Source: Archaeoglobus fulgidus DSM 4304
Lineage (GTDB): Archaea; Halobacteriota; Archaeoglobi; Archaeoglobales; Archaeoglobaceae
Direction of reading: 5' to 3'
Assembly (NCBI RefSeq): GCF_000008665.1
Contig: NC_000917.1
Span: 600,001 to 632,000 of the forward strand
DNA length: 32,000 nucleotides
The notes under the pieces were generated by a model. The model saw nothing but the letters and a program-made list of their open reading frames with translations. It did no database searches and had not been told where the DNA came from. Numbering within the stretch: the first letter of the stretch is position 1; each line of letters starts with the position of its first letter. Positions 27,202-32,000 of this stretch are shown here, piece by piece. A program made the translations under genes and the position numbers.

Positions 27202-27415
27202 CAAGCTCCTTCAGGAGCTCAACAAGCACGGAGAAGATCGCCGCTTCCAGTGGGTCATCGAAGGTGTAAAACGCCTCGCTGCTGTGCTTCCTGACCATGC
27301 CGGCAAGCTTTATGGCGTAAAGGCTTTCCTCCTTCTTCATAGCCTTTGCAGTCCTCTCCCACCGCTCTGCAATCCTCTTTACCCCCATTCTAACGCTTGA
27401 AACGCTCCTTCCCAT
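27155..27415 (-). CDS. Small helical protein, middle gene of the PolB2-like cassette
   Basis: 86 aa. ATG directly follows the upstream stop (TGAATG), with ggaggtg 6 nt before. MGVKRIAERWERTAKAMKKEESLYAIKLAGMVRKHSSEAFYTFDDPLEAAIFSVLVELLKELD. Overlaps the polymerase start. Confidence 0.75.
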   Translation of the reverse strand: MGRSVSSVRMGVKRIAERWERTAKAMKKEESLYAIKLAGMVRKHSSEAFYTFDDPLEAAIFSVLVELLKELDGNVDTGLRAFGKGD

Positions 27416-27922
27416 TCAGAACACCTCCAGCGTGAGCTGTCCAACCATCTTCGGATAGAAGCGCTGGTTTATTCCCTTCTCATCAACTTCCGCTATGAAG
27501 TACCCACCCTCCTCAGCCTCAACGAGGATGTAGCGGTCCGCGAGCGTGGTTAGAAAGTCAAAGATTCTGTCTCGATTGGTTGTGAAGTAAACGACCGTTC
27601 TGTCCCTCCCTATTTGCCTCAGAAGCATTACGAAGTCCTCAAGGGTGTGGAAATCGCAGTCCTCAAAGAGTAGTGCGTCGTGCTCGATGAATATCATGTC
27701 CTGATAGGCGTTGAGGAGAATCTCTATTAGCTGGTGAATTGTAAAGCCTCTCCTCACCCTGAAGTTCCCCCTGATACCATCCAGAGCCTTTGAGCTGTTT
27801 CCACACACGTATAGCGCTGGAAATCTGCTTCTGTAGCCGTTCAAAAAGTCAAGGCACACTTCCAACGGTGCGGCTACAGCGTTGAACCCTCCATACACCT
27901 CAACCGAAAGTACCTCAATCAT
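27416..27922 (-). CDS. Probable degenerate RecA/RadA-like ATPase-fold protein, first gene of the PolB2-like cassette
   Basis: ATG at 27922 gives MIEVLSVEVYGGFNAVAAPLEVCLDFLNGYRSRFPALYVCGN... DMIFIEHDALLFED... DRTVVYFTTNRD... RYILVEAEEGGYFIAEV. The Walker A position lacks GKT. Fold is inferred by pattern only. Confidence 0.6.
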   Translation of the reverse strand: MIEVLSVEVYGGFNAVAAPLEVCLDFLNGYRSRFPALYVCGNSSKALDGIRGNFRVRRGFTIHQLIEILLNAYQDMIFIEHDALLFEDCDFHTLEDFVMLLRQIGRDRTVVYFTTNRDRIFDFLTTLADRYILVEAEEGGYFIAEVDEKGINQRFYPKMVGQLTLEVF

Positions 27923-28009
27923 AGTAGGTAATGCTCCAAGGTCAATATAAACTTCGACCCCCGGATGCAAGTGAAAAGGATTATACATATTAACGTCTCC
28001 TTTACATTA

Positions 28010-29095
28010 ATGCTCTCGTGGGATGAGACGCTCTTCAAAAATCCGGAGGTCTTCGACCCTGACTACATTCCGGACGAGTTGCTGTTCAGGGACGGCCAGA
28101 TCAGGCAGCTTGTGTCGTGCATAAAGCCAGCAATGCTCAACTCGTCCCCGATTAACGCATTCTGCCTCGGACCGCCGTCAACGGGAAAGACCTCGACGAT
28201 AAGGTACGTTCTCAGAGAAGCTGAGAGAGAAACGGGGCTGCTTTACTCCTACATACGAATCCCGAGGTTCAAGGAGCCCTACAAAGTCTTCTCCAAAATT
28301 TTTCAGGACGTTCTGGGACAGCAGTCCCCGCCATCCGGGATAAGCAAAACGGTTTTGATGGACAGAGTCTGGAGCAACCTTGACGAGCCCCTTTTGGTCG
28401 TTCTCGACGACATAAACTTCCTCGGAAAGAATTACGCCAACGAGATTCTTTACGAAATCCTGAAGGCTCCAGACGAGTACGGAGTTAAGGTGGGAATAGT
28501 TGCAGCAGCCACCGATGTAAAGTTCCCCCTGCTACTCGACCCCTTCGTGGGGGCATCGTTCCACTACATGGAGATACACTACCCCTCGTACGGCTATGCG
28601 GAGATTGAGGGAATTTTGAGGAAAAGGGTCGAGCACGGATTTTACGAAGGGGTTTTCGATGACGGGGCATTCAGAAGAGTTGTTGAGCTCGCATACAGGG
28701 CGAGTGATGTCAGGTACGGAATATACCTCCTAAAGGCTGCGGGAATGAACGCGGAGAGCAGGGGGAGCAGAAAGGTTGAGGAGAGGGACGTTGAGGTCGC
28801 CCACGCCGGAGAGTCCCTTTCATTCATAGCAAAGATTCTCACGGCCCTTAACAGCGAGGAGAGGGCAGTTCTCAGAATGATATACTCCCAGAACGCAATT
28901 TCAACCGGCGACCTTTACGAGCAGGTGTGCAGCGAAATTAAGATGAGCTACAGAAAGTACTACAACATCCTCGAAAAGCTCGAAAGGCTGAAGCTGATTG
29001 AAATCTCCTTCGGAGAAAAGGGGAGAGGCAAGACGAGATATGTGCAGGGAAAATACGATGCAGAGGTTGTTGATAGGGCGATGCAGCTGATTTAG
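28010..29095 (+). CDS. Orc1/Cdc6-family AAA+ protein (divergent paralog)
   Basis: ATG at 28010 gives MLSWDETLFKNPEVFDPDYIPDELLFRDGQIRQLVSCIKP, CLGPPSTGKTSTIRYVL, LLVVLDDINFLGKN, plus a C-terminal winged helix. The supplied start at 27965 adds 15 implausible residues. Confidence 0.92.
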   Translation: MLSWDETLFKNPEVFDPDYIPDELLFRDGQIRQLVSCIKPAMLNSSPINAFCLGPPSTGKTSTIRYVLREAERETGLLYSYIRIPRFKEPYKVFSKIFQDVLGQQSPPSGISKTVLMDRVWSNLDEPLLVVLDDINFLGKNYANEILYEILKAPDEYGVKVGIVAAATDVKFPLLLDPFVGASFHYMEIHYPSYGYAEIEGILRKRVEHGFYEGVFDDGAFRRVVELAYRASDVRYGIYLLKAAGMNAESRGSRKVEERDVEVAHAGESLSFIAKILTALNSEERAVLRMIYSQNAISTGDLYEQVCSEIKMSYRKYYNILEKLERLKLIEISFGEKGRGKTRYVQGKYDAEVVDRAMQLI

Positions 29096-29170
29096 TTTCA
29101 AAGCTGAAATTGCAATTTTGCCTTGCCATTACAAAATATTTAAATATGGTAAGGTCATAATGAGTATTAG

Positions 29171-29977
<807 letters not shown>

Positions 29978-29982
29978 GGGTT

Positions 29983-30168
29983 ATGGACGTGCTCGAGTAT
30001 TTGCTTGTTTTGCTGCTGGTCATCAGCATAGCTCTGAACCTGCTGCTCCTAAAAAAAGTGAGAGAATTAAACAGAGAATTGCGCGAGGTCGGGGCAAGAG
30101 TGAGCGTGACGAAGGAGGAGCTTACCGCAATCAGGTCGAGACTTGAGAGGATGAAGGGTGAGCTTTAA
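29983..30168 (+). CDS. Small single-TM, coiled-coil protein coupled to minD
   Basis: [64 protein letters not shown] ggtgagg overlaps the minD stop. Confidence 0.65.
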
Positions 30169-30182
30169 AATCGGCGTTTGAA

Positions 30183-30398
30183 TCAGCCGAGAACCTCAAG
30201 AACTCCTTCACACATTTTTATGTTCATGAGGTAATCATCCAAGGCGGAGAGAAGAGTTCCGATTTTCTCAACCCTGACCTCTATCACGATGCGGTTATCA
30301 GCCCAGCAGCTGCACCACTCGGGGTCGTCTGGCTTGAGAGCCTTCACAACAGCCTCAGGGTCTTTGGATTCTACTTCTAAGCGAGCATGGCACAGCAA
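30183..30398 (-). CDS. pcc1: KEOPS complex subunit Pcc1
   Basis: 71 aa: ARLEVESKDPEAVVKALKPDDPEW... VEVRVEKIGTLLSALDDYLMNIKMCEGVLE pattern typical of Pcc1. Overlaps the upstream recJ-like gene. Confidence 0.8.
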   Translation of the reverse strand: MLCHARLEVESKDPEAVVKALKPDDPEWCSCWADNRIVIEVRVEKIGTLLSALDDYLMNIKMCEGVLEVLG

Positions 30399-31693
30399 AG
30401 CCTGTCAACCTCCTTCAGAAACTCTTCGACTTTATCCGGCGTGATGTTCGCTCCCGCTGCAACCCTGTGCCCCCCTCCTCTTCCCCCAACCTTCTCGGCT
30501 GCAAGCCTCATTACTTCCGCAAGGTCAACTCTCTCAGCCAGAGCCTCGTTAGTTCTCGCGGAAACTTTCGCGTACTCATTCTTGATGTTGACGACGATCA
30601 GGGGTTTGTCTGTGAAAACGTAGCGGGAAAATATGGTCGCTATCGGACTCGCGGAGAGCCCGTTCTCCATAACCAGATACCTTATGCAGAAGCCTTCTTT
30701 AACCTCATTTCTCCATTTTTTGAGCTCTTCAAGAGTCTGAATGACGTATTCGTTGTTTATCCTGATGGCTCTGTTCATCGCCTCCACGTCTCCGAGAAGC
30801 ATGGCTAAGGCCGTGCTCATAGCCCCAATCCTCCCGCAGGAGTTTACAACATCGACAGCCGTAACAGCATTCTTGATGAGCAGGTTTTTCAGAATCAGCC
30901 TTTTTCCAACGATTTGGCTGAATATGCCCGTGTAGGCATTCATCTTTAGAAGTCTCAGCACTATCGCGTCAGCGAGTCGCCTGATCTCCTCGTCGCTAAG
31001 CTCATCAAACTCCTTGTCTCCATCGAGCCTCGCCTTCTCAAGAAACTCCTCAAGCTCCTCCTCCTTTCCGTAGAAGTCGAGAAACGGCTCCAGGCTCTGG
31101 ACCAGCACGTCGCGCAGCTTCCCCGACGGGAGGCTCACCCCTTTTCTCTCCTCAACCACTCCAGCCTCCAAACCGTTTCTCAGAATCTCCTCGTTACCCC
31201 CAACCATCCTCTGCTTGTCTCCGAGGGCGCCGATCAAAGCTACAGATGCCAGCTCCCTGTTCCTCCCGAGCTCGTTGGCAAAGAAGTAGCATACGCCGCT
31301 TGCCGATAGTTCAAAGGTTCCGTCCATGCCCACGAGGTGGGGGTTGACGTGGGCAAGATTCCTCTTCGGCCTTATCTCCCCGTTGGGGATGTGGTGGTCT
31401 AGTATGACAACATCCGTGTCAACCTGCGAGATTAAATCAGCATAACCACTCCCCATATCGGCGAAGAGCAGAAGCTCTCCCTGCTCGTACTCAAAGGGCT
31501 CGTTCAGACCCTTCAGAAAAGTGATGTGAAAGGCCTTACCCGCCTTTAGGAGGGCTTTGGCTATGATCGCACCAGCTGAGATTCCATCTGCATCATGGTG
31601 TGTGTATATTCTGATGAAGTCGTGCCTTGCAACGAGGTCGGCAGCCCTCCTTGCCCTCTCCCTCAGCAGGTTAATTGCCGAGCCCGAACTCAT
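30377..31693 (-). CDS. DHH/DHHA1-family RecJ-like phosphoesterase/exonuclease
   Basis: 438 aa: IYTHHDADGISAGAI, LLLFADMGSG, VVILDHHIPNGE, LIGALGDKQ, GGRGGGHRVAAGANI. Confidence 0.92.
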   Translation of the reverse strand: MSSGSAINLLRERARRAADLVARHDFIRIYTHHDADGISAGAIIAKALLKAGKAFHITFLKGLNEPFEYEQGELLLFADMGSGYADLISQVDTDVVILDHHIPNGEIRPKRNLAHVNPHLVGMDGTFELSASGVCYFFANELGRNRELASVALIGALGDKQRMVGGNEEILRNGLEAGVVEERKGVSLPSGKLRDVLVQSLEPFLDFYGKEEELEEFLEKARLDGDKEFDELSDEEIRRLADAIVLRLLKMNAYTGIFSQIVGKRLILKNLLIKNAVTAVDVVNSCGRIGAMSTALAMLLGDVEAMNRAIRINNEYVIQTLEELKKWRNEVKEGFCIRYLVMENGLSASPIATIFSRYVFTDKPLIVVNIKNEYAKVSARTNEALAERVDLAEVMRLAAEKVGGRGGGHRVAAGANITPDKVEEFLKEVDRLCCAMLA

Positions 31694-32000
31694 CGTGCAC
31701 TACCTTCACAGCATTAACGCCATCGCTACCGTCAACGACGAACGAAACGTTGTACTCAGAGCAGCTCTGGCTGATCATTATTACGTTTATTCCGTTCTTG
31801 CCAAGCGCTGAGAAAATCTTTCCTGCAACGCCCGGCGTTCCAGCCATTCCCGAACCAACTGCGCTCACGACCGCTATGTAGGGAATCTTTTCGACCTTTA
31901 TCACGCCGTTTTCCAAGCTTTTCAGGGCGTTGTAGGCCTTCTCCAAGTCCCGGATATCGACCACTATCGACAGATTCAGCTCTGAGGAGCTCTGAGCTAC
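31671..32000 (-). CDS. lysC: Aspartate kinase, C-terminal ACT region (partial, runs off the window)
   Basis: The open frame reaches 32000: VAQSSSELNLSIVVDIRDLEKAYNAL... IAVVSAVGSGMAGTPGVAGKIFSALGKNGINVIMISQSCSEYNVSFVVDGSDGVNAVKVVHDEF. Confidence 0.9.
   Translation of the reverse strand, partial: VAQSSSELNLSIVVDIRDLEKAYNALKSLENGVIKVEKIPYIAVVSAVGSGMAGTPGVAGKIFSALGKNGINVIMISQSCSEYNVSFVVDGSDGVNAVKVVHDEFGLGN

Noticed and set aside
27965-28009. Upstream 15 codons of the Orc1/Cdc6 ORF (MQVKRIIHINVSFTL)
   Set aside because: They run across the TATA-like element. The ATG at 28010 gives a conventional N-terminus.

Overview
This is an ordinary, very compact hyperthermophilic euryarchaeal chromosome segment. 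Gene content and order look like Archaeoglobus fulgidus; that is recalled from knowledge, not searched. I can support about 30 protein genes, one tRNA-Arg(GCG), and one complete IS630-family insertion sequence. From left to right: a DUF22-like triple-repeat protein; KEOPS kinase Bud32; a divergently transcribed DUF134 regulator facing a DUF5320/NifX-like pair; a DmpI-type tautomerase and chorismate synthase; a MerR-fadD-acd fatty-acid block; a wHTH regulator with an alpha/beta hydrolase; adenylate kinase; an acetyl-CoA-synthetase-like enzyme; the IS630 element; an orphan glnQ-like ATPase; an sdhABCD operon; the tRNA-Arg; enoyl-CoA hydratase with a small partner protein; a second acyl-CoA ligase; a Cys-rich ferredoxin-like protein; a PH+SHOCT protein; a degenerate histone-deacetylase-fold protein; a RACo-like ferredoxin/ASKHA activator; a membrane protein; a three-gene cassette (degenerate RecA-like, small helical protein, PolB2-like polymerase with a damaged active site) divergent from an Orc1/Cdc6 paralog; MinD with a small membrane/coiled-coil partner; and a lysC-recJ-like-pcc1 operon. 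The best system-level candidate is the PolB2/RecA-like cassette at 25264-27922, which I would describe as a candidate archaeal mutasome-like DNA-damage module. It is not wholly undescribed. Secondary candidates are the repeated operator-like sites between DUF134 and DUF5320/NifX, the degenerate HDAC, and the CPCR/CNCCxxCC iron-sulfur protein. There is no CRISPR array, rRNA, prophage or obvious defence island.
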